NCBI RefSeq assembly: GCF_006345805.1
Contig: NC_043000.1
Span: 25,730,001-25,794,000 of the forward strand
Reading direction: 5' to 3'
Source: Octopus sinensis
Taxonomy: Eukaryota
Length of the DNA stretch: 64,000 nt
The notes below the pieces were generated by a model. It had not been told where the DNA came from and ran no database searches. It saw nothing but the letters and a program-made list of their open reading frames with translations. A program made the translations under genes and the position numbers. Positions within the stretch are counted from its first letter, which is position 1; each line of letters opens with the position of its first letter. Of the stretch, positions 63,560 to 64,000 are shown piece after piece.

Positions 63560-64000
63560 TAATAATCATGTACATTGATTTGTCTTGGTATAAAAGATGG
63601 GTTACAGCAAATATTCTGCTCAATACCACAGTTTTGCTTGTCAGTTGTTTGACCATAACCAGTTGAGCATGTCCCTTAGTGGCTGACGATATCTGCATCT
63701 CTGATCACGAGCAGAAGTAGTGGGGGAGCATCATAGACATGTGTTGAGAAGGATTCTTTGGGGTTTGAATAATTCACCTCTGGAAAAATGAGTGATTCAT
63801 TCAACATCCTTAAACAACCCTTATTCAGGGACCTTTTGAGCGGGATGGGTTACTTGACCAGATAAAAATTCTAATTGGGCCCCACTTGCAAGGTCATGTG
63901 CTATTTATCTTGATATGAGATCACCATGTCGTGCACATATGGTTGTAATGCATGTGCCTGGTGTACCCTTATCAGACGGGTAGTCATGATGGGTATACTG
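63560..64000. mobile_element. (TAA)n-associated interspersed repeat (partial)
   Basis: 63886-63980 is the reverse complement of 30465-30560; both copies abut (TAA)n tracts. Confidence 0.6.

Noticed and set aside
60686-64000. Search for the RBM17 start exon (MSLYDDL-like)
   Set aside because: No matching sequence was found, so it is inferred to lie beyond the window end.

Overview
AT-rich, microsatellite- and transposon-dense animal DNA. The SINE, MITE and LINE families look like those of Octopus; the species call is inferred from recalled repeat sequences, not a search. Two convergent intron-rich genes are present. (1) Plus strand, 5762-32016: 15 frame-consistent GT-AG exons (1238 nt) of a divergent VMAT-type SLC18A vesicular transporter. 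Its start/TM1 exon was not found. It lacks several residues central to VMAT2 amine binding, proton coupling and gating (equivalents of E312, D399, D262, W318, F429, Y433) and has a new Asp in TM7. This candidate orphan vesicular transporter is the top finding. (2) Minus strand, 60685-41867: 11 frame-consistent exons (1181 nt) of RBM17/SPF45 (G-patch + UHM); its first exon is probably beyond the window end. The rest is introns and intergenic DNA holding a near-intact mariner, many Tc1/mariner relics, tRNA-derived SINEs, RTE and Dong/R4-like LINE fragments, hAT- and piggyBac-type MITEs, a 5'-truncated tRNA-Gly, several long foldback structures and a MITE-derived 20-bp minisatellite. CpG content appears to drop near 25 kb. 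Nearly all ORFs in the supplied track are microsatellite or repeat artefacts.
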